From: Torpedo marmorata
Taxonomy: Eukaryota
NCBI GenBank assembly: GCA_977017645.1
Contig: OZ360234.1
Location: 55,366,001 to 55,430,000, forward strand
DNA: 64,000 nucleotides
Reading direction: 5' to 3'
Shown: positions 1 through 12,576 of the stretch, piece after piece
Numbering within the stretch: the stretch's first letter is position 1
Layout of the letters: each line of letters begins with the position of its first letter
Program-made: the position numbers and the translations under genes
The notes under the pieces: generated by a model
Database searches by the model: none
What the model was told of the DNA's origin: nothing
What the model saw: the letters and a program-made list of their open reading frames with translations, nothing else

Positions 1-193
1 AAAGGTACACTTGGATTTTGTATCGACTAAATATTGGGTCAAAGTGTTGCTTAAAAGCATTGAACTAATGACTTGATTTACTGCATCCTAATTAATTTGG
101 ATATTGCACATACTGATTCTAATAGGGAATCTCCACATCTATTTTTCCTTGCTAAATGGTAAATTTTATTATCTCGTTCAATTTTACTTTCAG

Positions 194-305
194 TAAGTAG
201 TAATGAAGATACTACTGAACAAGAGAGTGACTCTGATTTTCAGGAATCTGAATCAAGTGAAGAAGAAAGTGATTCGGATGATAAACGGAAACGTCCAAGG
301 ACGAG
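194..305 (+). CDS. ATRX: ATRX internal coding exon (acidic/Ser-rich region, ..SDSDFQESESSEEESDSDDKRKRPRTR)
   Basis: ttttactttcag acceptor and AG|gtattt donor; translation resembles vertebrate ATRX DSDFQES..RPRTR; phase joins the next exon. 5' boundary less certain (another AG at 199-200). Confidence 0.85.
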
Positions 306-1329
306 GTATTTCTTGAAAATCAAGCTTATTTGCACAAAAAGTAATATTTAATCTCAACAAATCCCACTGAACAATAATTTTGTATTCCTTTGGGTGATTG
401 TATCATAATGTTTTACTGACCATACAAGCTGACTAATCCTGGGTTTGATACTTGATACTGGCAATTTAATTTCAGTCAGGTTGCCAGTAGGGTGCAGCTG
501 TTCCTCTGCTGGAAAAGGGAAAATTAATATTTATCCGGAGCCAATGCAAAAAATTTAATTTTCTGACTGCTACCTGATGGAATGAAAACCATGAATCCAA
601 TCAATGGGTTTACTATAGAACTATGAGTCCTGCAAGGGTGTGTCGTCACTTCAAAACTTTTCTTTATTTTCTTGCTGCAGTATTGCACCTCATTTCGAAA
701 AAGCCTCCCATAGGTGTGGGGTTCATCTACAGGACAAACTGAAAGCTGTTCAACCAACTTAATTTCCAATTCAGAAACAAGGTCACTCCAGTCACAGTTC
801 GTCAAGGTGCAGACGTTATCTGTGCATACACTTGGTTAACTCCATGTTTTCATTGGATTGTTCCCTGAACCATCTCAAAGAATGGGTCTTGTAACAAGCA
901 CAGGCAAAACCAAGTACCTCTGACACCTTGCTTCAGCTACATAATGCCAACCCCTGGCAAACACAGTCCAAGACAAAATTTTAGAAAGTACAACACATTG
1001 TTCATGTCTCAAACTGCCTTTCAGCAAAGAGAAATGTCACTGAAGTTGACCAGCACAACCCAACTATCTGAAGAAAAGAGTGCTTGAAGATCAAGACCTC
1101 AAACCAATACAAACTTTGAAGTGAATTGGGCAGCAGTTACCGGTATTTCTTGCCTTTTATAACTGAATGTCTCAGTGACAGTTGCAGGCTCTCTCTGTAC
1201 TGGAGAAGTACCAACAAAACTCTCAACAAAATTCACAAAATGATAATTTTAACTCATTTCATTACCATCCCCCAGGTCAACATTCCCAGCATGGAGCCAA
1301 CTTGGTGAAATTAAGTGTCTCAAATAGTT

Positions 1330-1746
1330 TTTTTAAAAATATTTTATTTAAAATTTTTAAATCACAAAATACATTAAAAAAATATGAAATTATCAAAATA
1401 TTTGTGATACATTTTCACCAACCCTCCCAACCCCACTAATCTAATAAAAATAAAAATATAAAATAAAAATAGAAAAAGAAGAAAGAAAAAGATAGAATAA
1501 GGAGAATGCCAATCTAAAAAAAAACATACATCTATAAACTAATTCTATTATGGAGGTCAGGTATGCCAGTAGATCCGATACCCAAAGATCTTCAAATCCT
1601 TAAACCAACAACTTTCATATATGGGCTCCAAATTTTTAAGAAAAAATGATATTTGTTACGTAAATTATAAGTAATTTTTTCAAGTGGTATACACGAACGA
1701 AGTTCTGCATGCCATCTTTCTAATCCTAAATCTAAATCAGATTTCC
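1330..1746 (-). mobile_element. 5'-truncated L1-clade LINE 3' end
   Basis: ORF2 C-terminus (W..ELRSCIPLEKITYNLRNKY..KIWSPY), A-rich tail, 16-bp TSD AGTGTCTCAAATAGTT at 1314-1329 and 1747-1762. Confidence 0.9.
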
Positions 1747-2229
1747 AGTGTCTCAAATAGTTGACCCTACCTTTTTTTATGATCCACATTAGACTCCAGA
1801 ATCAGGTACTTTACTCTGACACAGTAGAAGATTGCCAAGGGGAAACACCTGTAAAGTTTCTTGAATGTTCCTTGTTTTCAACAAAAAAAAAAGATCCTCA
1901 CCAATATATTTGGACCACAACTCGAAAGATGACATTGATAATGTCAAGTTCATTGAACCCCCGACCTTTAAATTTTATCTTTCAAACTTTGAAAAGTTTT
2001 TTGAATTGAATCTAAAATAATAGCTTGAATTCTGGCACTCGTGGTCCTAAGGTGCCTGTCTATCAACCTATTCTTATTCTTTTTTAACCTCGTGCAAGCC
2101 TGTGTAATTCTTATGTAGGTTTGCTATGAGAGAAGTCTGTAGTTCGTTGCTTGTCTGAAAAAATGTATCACCATGGTAGCTAACGGAGGTTCAAACAAAG
2201 TTAATGCATTATTTGGCATTGCTTTTCAG

Positions 2230-2326
2230 AGCATCTAAGAAAGAGGCAGAGGAAAACCAACGCAGCTACTTGCAGAAAAAGAAAAGAAGAAGAATTAAAA
2301 TTCAGGAAAACTCATCAAGTGAAAAG
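2230..2326 (+). CDS. ATRX: ATRX exon (RASKKEAEENQRSYLQKKKRRRIKIQENSSSEK)
   Basis: gcttttcag acceptor, AAG|gtaatt donor, 97 nt, phase-compatible; matches ATRX EENQRSY.QKKKRRRIK. Confidence 0.93.
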
Positions 2327-3367
2327 GTAATTTTATGTATGCTGATTGGGAAGCAAAACTAAGATGTGTTGTGTACATAATTTGACGCTTTGATATTGGA
2401 CATTTTTTTTAAATGCACTCTACCCACAGCACTTAAATGCATATGTCAGATTTATTGTTATTTCATTTAATAGCTTCTTTTGGAGAGATGCTATACAAAT
2501 TAATTATAGATATGACAGTTGCTTATTTTGAATGTTCTATGCTGCAGAAATATTTTATTTGTATTTAAAATAAACTTCTCCATAGAAATACTATGCAAGC
2601 TGCATTGTAGACATTCCTATTGAGGGTTTTCCTAATTTTCAGCTGAGGGAAAAATGTTATAAAATGTAACCACTTAATCCATTAAATGTTCCATTTTATT
2701 CTCTGCCACATTCAGTGCTACAATAGAAGAGGTCCACCGTTTTAACTTTATTCTTTACATTCAATGCTGCATTAGAAAGCATTGCCTGCTTTAGTATTTT
2801 CAGCATTTTTGTTTTTATTGTAATTTTCCAGCATCTGCAAATTTTGTTGACTTTCAAAGTTATGGTGAATCTTCTCTGCAACCCATCCAATATAATCATA
2901 TCTTTCCTATAGTCTGGTGGCTACAACCATGCACAGTACTTCAAATTGTAATCTAAATGTTTTATATAGTTGTCCCTGCACTTGTATTTTGTGCACCGGG
3001 TCATGAAGCAAGTACCCTTTATGCCTTAATTACTTTATCCACCTGTGTTGCTGTGTTTCAGGAGTATGTGCAACAAGAATCCTTCTCTCCTTTTTTCAAA
3101 ATGCTCCTTAAATCCGAAAAATTAAAGTCTTTAGGCATGTATTCCTTAACTGGGTGGATTTTTTTAAGTGGGTAATTCTTGGATGTTTCCATTCTGTTGA
3201 TGACAGTTTTTAATGTTGTAAAAAGGCTCTCCCCTTGAAAATAATATGACTATTAAGAAAATGAGCAAACCAAAAACGTTCAAGACCTTGTAAAGTTGTG
3301 TCTGTGCGCAATAAATGTAAGAATTTTAATGCGCATGAACCCAGTTAACATTCGATTTATTATGCAG

Positions 3368-3568
3368 AGCAACTCAGAAGCTGAAAGTAATAGTGATAAG
3401 GAAGAGAATGAAGATGACGTGAAATCCCCTGGAAAAGGTCGGAAGAAAATAAGGAAGATTTTGAAAGATGGCAATTTGCGAACAGAAACTCAAAATGCTT
3501 TGAAGGAAGAAGAAGATAGAAGAAAACGCATTGCTGATAGAGAAAAAGAGAGGGAAAAGTTGAGAGAG
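3368..3568 (+). CDS. ATRX: ATRX exon (SNSE..KSPGKGRKKIRKILKD..ETQNALKEEE..EKLRE)
   Basis: tgcag acceptor, GAG|gtattg donor, 201 nt, phase 0/0; lies within ORF 3296..3583. Confidence 0.95.
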
Positions 3569-4623
3569 GTATTGAATTATTGATTACTTATATACATTTT
3601 CCATTGTTTAGATGTAGAGTGGATCCTCATAATTGAGAAGAATCCAATAAAACTTGCCAATTAAGACTTGATACCTCATATATTTGCATTGTTTGTTTCC
3701 CCATTTTGGGGGGAAAAGGTTCTCCTGTGTTCAGCTGATGCATTTTCTATTTGAAGATGGCAAGTAAGCTGAGACTGGATGCAAGTTTAGGATACGTTAT
3801 GTATTTCAATTGTTCACTGATCTAACCTCAGTTTCTTAGCACCAATCAGTGAAAGAAATACTGGATTATATATTTGATTTCTTACTCTCCTGGATAACAA
3901 ACTTTCAGTCAAGGATTTGCCATGATAGATTGCATATGAATTGTGTACATTTCAGAAGGTTGTAAAGTGTAAGATTTTTTTGGTTATCTATGAATGACTA
4001 AGTATTGGCTATTTTAGAGATACTAAGGTATTTATAGTGCAGAGTTTAATTGAAATAGTGTGTTTAATTTGAAATCCTATGTTGTAACTTTTTTGGGGGG
4101 GGGGGAACTGTTACTGAAGTGATACAACTTTGGTTTGTTTCTGGTTATTTGTAGTTTATGTCAAAATGTTGTTCAAGAAGCAGATGGCCCGAGAAATTGT
4201 CAGCTTTTGAGAGCAAGGGTAATAGTGTCTGAATAATTTGAATATTATTGAAAGCAATTGCATTTTGAAATCATTGGAGGATTATTCATGAGATAGGGGC
4301 ATTGCTGTGAAGATCATCATTTATCCTCTATCCCTAATTATCTGAGAAGAAACCAGTGCCTATTCACCTAGAAACATTGCTGCCCATAGAATGAGGATAC
4401 TTTCACAAGCGAGGGATTCCAGGATTTTGGATGGAAAAAGTATAAACATTGTTGTTTGACTTAGAGGGTGATATAGAGATGATGTTCTGTGTTTTTGGCC
4501 TTGGATTTGGGAGATGTTGAAGAATCCCTGCTAGATTACTGTATTGCAACTTATATAAATGGTAAATACTGCAACCACCTTCCGATAGTAAAGGAGAGAA
4601 TAAACGTGTTGGATGGTGTACAG

Positions 4624-5754
4624 CAGTCATACCCAAAGTGGGCGGTGGAAAGATCCAAGGGGGCGGTGAGGAAAAATCATTTGTGAACATCATTTGTGAC
4701 CGCGTTTATGAAGACTTGGTTGAACGTTATGGACATATGGAAAACCTGTCTCATCTGTAAAGATGTCAACACAATATCGAGGGGAGCTGTGGCCTCATTT
4801 TAAACTCTGTAAAGGCGCGACCATTGGGCTCGTCGCGGTTCTGCCAGTTTTATTATTCGTCACTCTCTTATTCTTACAGTGAGTAGGGTTTTTCTCTGAA
4901 CGGTATCAAACGTTATTTCTGACATGCAGCTGCGTACAAAGTAGTTTGTACAATAAAGATTGTAGAAATTTACAATGAAAATAAGGATAAATTGGCACCA
5001 ACTAATTGCAACATGACTGGATAGTTCTGGTGTCTTTTTGAAGATCGTGAATGCTGCGGAGAATCAACAATAGTTTAGCGGGGCCTATTGTGTGTTTTCA
5101 CATAGTTCATTCAGCCTGGCGTTGTGCCTTCTCCCCGATGGAGGGAGAAGAGGTGTGTTTCCGGAATGTGATTCGTCTTGCAGCATGTTGGCTGCCTTTT
5201 CCAGGCGGTGGGAGATGTAGATAGATTCCATGGAAGGGGGGAATTTATGCGTAATATTATGAGCTGAAATCACTACTTTCTGCAGGAACTTTCTTGTGCA
5301 GAAGAGTTCCAAAACTGCTCTCTTATCCACCCAGATAATATACTTACCTGTACAAGTTTTTAAGGGGCATGGGGGTCATGCAAATCCCCTTTGCTTCAAA
5401 GAAAGTAGAGGAGCTCGGTCGGTTTCCTGTCGGTAGCGCCACATGCATGACCCATGACAGGCATTGGAGATTAGAACCATACACCCATAGAGTCAAATCA
5501 GCCCTCTCCACGTTTATGTAGTTACAGGTGAGATGTAAATTTACCCTTTTATATTGCTAAATAAATTGGTGTATTATAAGTTTTATTTGTGAAATACATA
5601 CGCTTGTTTTGTTTAGTTGTTGTTTTAAATTTGCAGTGGACCTAATACCAAGAAAGAGGTGTGTGTTCTTTGTATGTGGGTGGGGGGGGGGGGTGTTGGT
5701 GGGGTGGCGCTAGGGATGTGTCCTGGGAGCCAAGGGGAAGTTTGGGAATCACTG
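4624..5754. mobile_element. Non-autonomous hAT (Charlie/Buster-like) element
   Basis: Imperfect TIRs CAGTCATACCCAAA / TTTGGGAATCACTG; perfect 8-bp TSD GTGTACAG. Confidence 0.85.
5085..5480 (-). mobile_element. Degraded Rex1/Babar LINE 3' fragment nested in the hAT element
   Basis: LEKAANMLQDESH..LLPPSGRR resembles the Rex1 ORF C-terminus seen in other copies in this window. Confidence 0.6.
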
Positions 5755-5789
5755 GTGTACAGGATACAATCAAGTTGGCCGTTTTTCTC

Positions 5790-6240
5790 AAAGCTAGTAA
5801 AAGCACACCAAAATGCTGGAGGAACTCAGCCGGTCTTTCAGCGTCCATAGGATTTGACTAAGATATATTGCTGACTTTTCGGGCCTGACCCCTTCTTCAA
5901 GGAATAAGTAGAATGAGCCAAGAGCAGGAAATCTCAGAATTCAGACAATGCTGGCTGGGAGAGGGATCCAGACTAACAAAAGGTGTTAATTGGATATGAT
6001 AAGAGAAGAGGTGAGAATTTATTATGTCTGTGTGAAAGGAGACAGGGAAAAGGGAGACACGAGCTTAGGGAAGGCGATGGGGGAGGAAGTGCCGGGGGAG
6101 GGGGGGGGGGTGGTTAACGGAAGCCAGAGAAGTTGATATTAATGCCATCTGGTTGGAGGATGCCCAGTCGGAAGATGAGGTGTTGTTCCTCCAATTTGTG
6201 GGTGGTCTCAGTCTGACAGTGCATGAGACCATGGACAGCT
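5790..6240 (-). mobile_element. Penelope-like element 3' fragment with pseudo-LTR
   Basis: AATGCTGGAGGAACTCAGC end motif; GIY-YIG C-terminal remnant; hammerhead-like core at 5871-5902. Confidence 0.75.
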
Positions 6241-7588
6241 ATGTTGAGTTGCACTCGTCCTGACAATTGGAGGCCACCTATATAGTCTTGAAGAATCTTC
6301 CCTTACACTGGATACTTCTGACTTTTTAGATACTAGAAAGGCTTTGAAATGTCTGGGATAAACCAGTTGCCAAAGAATACCCAGCTTCTGAAATGCTCTT
6401 GTTGCTACAGTTTTCAAATAACTTGCTCAGTTGCATTTGAATTGTGACTCCCTTAACCCCGGCCACAGTATTGATGATGGGGAACTTGGCAATGAGAATG
6501 CCATTGGGTGTGGAGGGAGATGGTTAGGCTGTCTTGTTGAAATAGCCATTATCTGGCATTTGTGTAGCATGAGTGTTACTTGCCACATGTCAGCTTAATC
6601 TTGAATTTTGTTCAGTATTACATGTAAGCACAGACTCTGCATTTGCAGAGAAAGTTGCAAATGGAACTGAGTGATCCCAAATTGTCAGTGAACCTTCTGG
6701 TCTTGTAATGAACCGATAGTCATCGAAGAATTTTTTAAAAAAACAGTACTGGAAAATCTCAGCAGATCAGACATCTTTTGTAGAGGCAAAAGGTGTATGT
6801 TTTGGGTCAAACCCTTACAACAGGGCTGAGAAAAGATTGCCAGCATATAGTAGTACAAGAGGTGGGACAAAGGCTTGGTGGTAACGGATGAGACCAGTTA
6901 GGTTGGGGGTGATGGGCAAGTGGAACCAGGTTGGGAAGGGGAGGGAGTGGGGGTGGTCATTGAAGTAGCGAGGATACCTTGGGGCACTAACCTGAGGAAG
7001 TTCTACAACAATGTTCTGGAATTAAGATTACCCTCTCAACAACCATAACTAGTGAAAGTGGAAAATTTCTCCTGATTCCCGTCGACTTTGGTTTTACAAG
7101 ATCTCCTTGATACCGGGATTGGTCACGTGCTCCTTTGTAGTCAGTACACTAACATGGTACTTGCAAAATACACCTGGAATTTGTATGAGCTATCAGTGAG
7201 TAAATGCCATTTAGAGGTAGTTGTCAGCAATGTTATTAACACTTTCCTGCTGATTCTGAAGTAAATTATTTACTACAGGCAGGATATAACTAAACCTCCT
7301 GTTTACAGGGTGAATGGCAGTGTTGTAAATGTCCTGGAACTGTTTGGCCATAAAGTGTTGTATTAGTTATGAATATTTATAGGTTGTATCTTTGGGCTAC
7401 ACCTCCCAGAAATATTGATTTCCCAGTTCCTAGTAAGCAATGATAGCTTCCTTGGTGCAAACTTGCTAATAAGTATAGCTACTGTAAATTGCACATTTAA
7501 TAGCTTTTACCCTGACATGGTTTGTGAAATATTCAATTGATAAAAATTACAAAATTCATTATTAGTGTAATATTAAAAATATGTAACT

Positions 7589-8712
7589 TTTAAAGAATGG
7601 TATAGATTGGGCATTAAATGTTTTAAAGATTTATTTGTCGAGGGGAGTCTCGCTTCCTTTGAACAACTTTCAGTTAAATACGGTCTACCAAATACTCATT
7701 TTTTTTCGTTATCTACAGATTAGAGATTTTTTACGATCTCAATCACATACATTTCCTAAGAGGACTGATAAGAATTTAATTGATGTCATTTTTAGTTTAC
7801 AACCTTTCTATAATGGTTCAATATCTAACATTTATGATATGTTGTTGGGAATAAGAGAGGCTCCCTTAGATAAAATTTTTAAAAGCCTGGGAACAGGACC
7901 TACAGCTTTTAATTCCAGAAGAAACTTGGAATGTAATTTTCAAATTGGTTAATACCTCTTCTTTATGTGCCCGCACTCTCTCCTACAATTTAAAGTAGTC
8001 CATAGGGCTCACATGTCCAAAGTCAAACTATCTCGTTTTTATGTGGATGTATCTCCTCGTTGTGATAAATGCAACAATGGAGATGCTTCATTAATTCATA
8101 TGTTCTGGACATGCCAGAGTCTCGAGAAATATTGGATCGAAGTATTTCAAACTATCTCTGCACTTTTTAAAGTTAATTTTAAACCAAATCCCTTAACTGC
8201 TTTATTTGGTATTGTTGGAGAGAGTGACATAACTTTAACGACATCTGAGCTACATGTATTAGCTTTTATTTCTCATGGCTCGGCAGGTGGTGTTGCTCAG
8301 ATGGAGGGACGTTACCCTGCCTAATCATGCTCAATGGCTATGTCATGTCATGTCATGTTTAAATTTAGAGAAGATTAGATGCTCAATTTCCAATTTGAAT
8401 TTAAATTTTCAAACACTGTGGGACCCTTTTTGAATTACTTTTATAATCTTTGATTTGTTATGAAGGTAGAAATGTTGACTAATGAGGTAATTTATCACTC
8501 TGATAAGAATTCTGTCTTTTTGGCCAAACAGCTTTTTATAATAAAATAATATCAAAACAATATTATCTGTTTGATTAAAATGTGGAGTACCTTGGATGAA
8601 ATGATATGATTTAAGTGTAATGTATCTTTTTGAATTTTAACATATATCCATATGTACTCTGTATTTTTGGATGTGAAATTTCAATGTTAATAAAAATACT
8701 GAAAAAGAAAAA
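7589..8712 (+). mobile_element. L1-clade LINE 3' fragment
   Basis: Frameshifted ORF2 with FFRYLQIRDF and zinc knuckle CDKC..LIHMFWTC; AATAAA and A-rich tail at 8689-8712. Confidence 0.88.
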
Positions 8713-8741
8713 TATTCTACAAATTTAAAAATACACAGCAG

Positions 8742-8883
8742 GTGGAAGTACTGGAAGATATATCAACTATACACTGTCCAATAACCACCAAACTGATTCT
8801 CGATGAAGATAAGGAGACAAAGGAATGCCTCATCCAAGTCCATAGAAATTTGGTGCGAAAGCTGAAACCCCATCAAGTAGACG
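8742..8883 (+). CDS. ATRX: ATRX exon (VEVLED..CPITTKLILDED..KLKPHQVDG), start of SNF2 domain
   Basis: cagcag tandem acceptor, G|gtgaga donor, 142 nt; LKPHQVDG Q-motif. Confidence 0.94.
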
Positions 8884-9019
8884 GTGAGAAAATCTGTATG
8901 TAAATAATAGTTCATAGGGAATTTGTTTTGTATGAAGATCCAAGCTCAGATATTGTCAAGCTGATGTTTCTGCTTATGAAGACTAGACCAGCTTGCTAAT
9001 GATAACTTCATATAACAAA

Positions 9020-9622
9020 CTGCAACAAATAAGAAGTCTGCAGATGCTAGGAAAACTAAAGCAACACACAAAGAAAGTGCTGGAGGAACTCGGCAGTTCA
9101 GGCAACATCCATGTAAAGCAATAGACAGTGGTTGGTTTGGGCCAAAAACTTCATCAGGGATAGCAACAACTGGGCAGAAGCCCGAATAAAAAGGTAGGGA
9201 AGGAGCACTCGCTGCCAGGTGGTAAGTGAACGTAGGTGGCATGAAAGAAAAAAGAGGCAATGGGGAGAAGGGACAAAGGGCTGAGAAAGATGCACTCTGA
9301 TAGGAGAAAGGAAGGAAAGGGTAGCTGGAGGAAGGGTGTAGGTGGCAAGGAGGGTGGGGGAGGAGAAAGAGAATGTAAAGAGGAGGAGTGGGGCAAGTGA
9401 GATGGGGGGAAGGGGGCTAACAGAAATTAGAGGTCAATATTGATGCCATCTGGTTGAAGACTACCAAGATGGGATATAAGGTGCGATTCCTCCAATTTGT
9501 GTGTGGCCTCAACCTGGCAGTGCCTGAGGTATGGACAGACATGTCATTGTGGGAATGGGCAGTGGAATTGAAGTGGCTGGCCACTGGAAGATCCTTTTCC
9601 AGCGGACGGTGTGGAGGCACTC
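9020..9622 (-). mobile_element. Penelope-like element 3' fragment
   Basis: DLPVASHFNSTAHSHNDMSV (GIY-YIG C-terminus), polypyrimidine 3' region, pseudo-LTR with CTGATGAAG core. Confidence 0.82.
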
Positions 9623-10398
9623 AATGAGTTTTATTGTATTTATTTTCTCTGACCTCTGCTAATGAACTGAATATGTAAGGAAAATTGTTCTGCACAGTGC
9701 AGTTGGACATTCAAATTAGAATGCAGAGGACAAGAGACAGCAGGACCATAAAGCAATGAAGCAAAATTGTTTTTTTGGGGGGGAACAGTCCTGATCTTAA
9801 ATTCGTCATAGCTGTCAGCTATGCTAAATTTAGGATCAGTTTCCTTCCTGTGAAGTAGCATTGCAATACCATTAAAAGTGGTAAATAAATGGAATAACCT
9901 GTGTATAAAAATTAAGTGATCTGATTCTGTCACCTGTATTTCCTTCTGGGTAACTAACTCTACATGGGTTCAAAAATTTACTTATTTTGTGACTGGAGTG
10001 GGAGGTGGGGAGGAGCATTTATAGTGTGCTAATCAATGATTGTTGTGGTGGGTGGAGGGGCTCAGAGCCAGATAATACTATTTAAAAAAAATCACACTAT
10101 GCATGACATGCAATAGTCAGTGCCTACTTAATAGTGACAAATGTACTCAGCCTTTTAAAATGGTTGGAAAATGTGTACCTATTTTGGGAGAAAGAGTCAA
10201 AATTATAATGCCTCTCAGTGGTTCCTTCCTGTTTTAAGGCTGCTATGTAGATGTGATTTGCTGCAAGGTATTTTCTGTTTGCTGAAAATGCAGGAGGCTC
10301 TTCAGAAGTACAGAGTATTGAGTTGTCCTTAAAAGATTAGGAAGGCAAAGATGGGTTGCAAAGTATCACTGACACATAAGATCAATTAAAATCCCAAG

Positions 10399-10509
10399 TG
10401 AAAACACATTGCTGGAGAAACTCAGCAGGTCAAACAGCGTACTTTATATAGCAAAGATAAAGATGCATATCCACCGTTTCGGGCTTGAGCCTTTCATCGA
10501 GGAATGATG
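10399..10509 (-). mobile_element. Minimal Penelope pseudo-LTR insertion
   Basis: 14-bp TSD ATTAAAATCCCAAG (10385-10398, 10510-10523); hammerhead-like core. Confidence 0.8.
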
Positions 10510-10861
10510 ATTAAAATCCCAAGGCATTTAATGTACATTAAAAGCAAAAGGGTAACGAGAAAAAAAATAGGACTTGTTGGGGACCAAAGAGAGAATCTGC
10601 ATGCAGAGCCAGAGGACATGGTCTTAACATTGATGCTTTTCATCAGTATTTTCACTTGGAAGAAAGATGTTGAAATTGATTATTTCAGTTGGGATGGTGA
10701 TGATTGATACAGAGAAATTAATAAGTACCTGAAGTTCAATTTGTTTTGTCTTTTTTATTTCACTGGAGGTGGTGGGTGTGAAGGACATGCCTTCCTGCTC
10801 TGCATTTTGCAATTGCTGCATTCTTTTGTCTAATTGCTCCCCTTCACTTAATTGATACAAT

Positions 10862-11119
10862 GGGGCGGTACAGTTAGCACAGCACTGTTACATCGCCAGC
10901 GATCGGGACTGGGGTTCGGATCCCGCGCTTGTCTGTAAGGTGTTTGTACGTTCTCACCGTGTCTGTGTGGGTTTTCCCCGGGGGCTCAGGTTTCCTCCCA
11001 CCGTTCGAAATGTACCGGGGGTGTAGGTCAATTGGGTGGCACGGACTCGTGGGCCGAAAGGGCCTGTTACTGTGCTGTTTGTCTAAATTCAAAAATTAAA
11101 AAAAAAAAAAAAAAAATTA
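10862..11119 (+). mobile_element. tRNA-derived V-SINE (HE1-like)
   Basis: B-box-like GGTTCGGATCC, V-domain GTTCTC.CCGTGTCTG.GTGGGTTT..GGTTTCCTCCCA, CR1-like tail, A-rich end. Confidence 0.88.
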
Positions 11120-12466
11120 AAACAAGATTTTATCACCATGGTCACCTTGGTTTTGCCCTCTCAGTGACATTGCCCCTTTTACACCCTCCATGCAGCTTAA
11201 CAGGCTTCTTTTGTCTCCTTTCCAATTGTGACAAAGGATGTTCGACCTGATTCCCATAGATGTGTCGTGACCTGTTGAATATTTTCAGCACTTACCCTTT
11301 TTATTACAGAACTGCATATGTTAAATGTGTGTGCAAGAATATTGTGAAAGTGGAAGTTTGTTCTATCTTTGTATCCAGCTGAGCAGGGGATCAACAAATA
11401 ATACATACATGAAGAAAGCAACAAAAAATGTGCAGAATCCCTTTGTCATTGGCTGCATTGTTAATGATGAATTTCCACAATGTCATGCATGACCACATCC
11501 ACTTGTTCACAGAGCACATGTATTAATATTCAGGAAACCAGTAATATACTCCGGCAGTTCTACAGGCAGTTCTGATCAATGACCACCTCACAATTAACAC
11601 ATGGAGGCATTATTAGGTTTGTCTTCAAGTTTGAGCTGTTTGAATTTTTTTTCAATGGTTAATTAGTCTTTTGATTTGAATGGATGAAATTTACACTTTG
11701 TAGAACATTTCAATATTTTGACTATTCAAAATATGTATTCACAATGAGTAATATTGGAAACTTGGGATCATGTTTCAACAGTCCAATAAGGCAAACACTT
11801 TTCTCCTCCTGTTGCAATAGTAGAAAATTAATGCATTGGTAAATCAGCATTTTCCACTGCTTTACAATGCATTCTCATGAGTATTGAGTATGCCTGTGAC
11901 ATTGGATTTGTATTTTCTAGAAATATTCTGTACATGGAAATGGCAAACACACAATGTGTATTCACCAAAGTTGTTAAATCCAGCCTAACTGCCAAGATCT
12001 GATGTCATAGTCCTGTTGTCAAACAATGCTTTATGAACAGTAGCCAAGAACAGAAGTCAATGTGTACTGAATATCATTGTCCCTTCACCTTGAAGTCGCA
12101 TGATTGGATAGATAGACTTGTAGCTCCCAAACATAGTGTTAGAAAAACAGTTTATTTGATGTGAATTTCACTTGCACTATAAATGAACCACTTGTAACGT
12201 GAGCAAGTCTGGCTATCTCTGGAATATATAGTCCACAACGAAATTTAATTTAAAAGTATTGTACTATTGTATTGCAATAAAGATGAAAGCTGTTTTTTTA
12301 ACATGTCTACACTCTGGTCGCACACAAGCGTACAAAAATTAAGAAAAAATTTATACATTTAAAATGTTTTTTTAAAAGTATATACCGGTACTTTGTTATG
12401 TTGTAGAAATATAGATGTTATATTAAATTGCATAGTTTTTAAACTAAAACATGCTAATTTATGCAG

Positions 12467-12576
12467 GTGTGCAGTTCATGTGGGATTGTTGCTGTGAGTC
12501 AGTGAGCAAGGCCTTGAAAGAGCAAGGCTCAGGGTGCATTTTGGCACATTGCATGGGACTTGGAAAGACACTGCAG
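12467..12576 (+). CDS. ATRX: ATRX exon, helicase motif I/Walker A ([27 protein letters not shown])
   Basis: atgcag acceptor, CAG|gtaagc donor, 110 nt. Confidence 0.97.
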
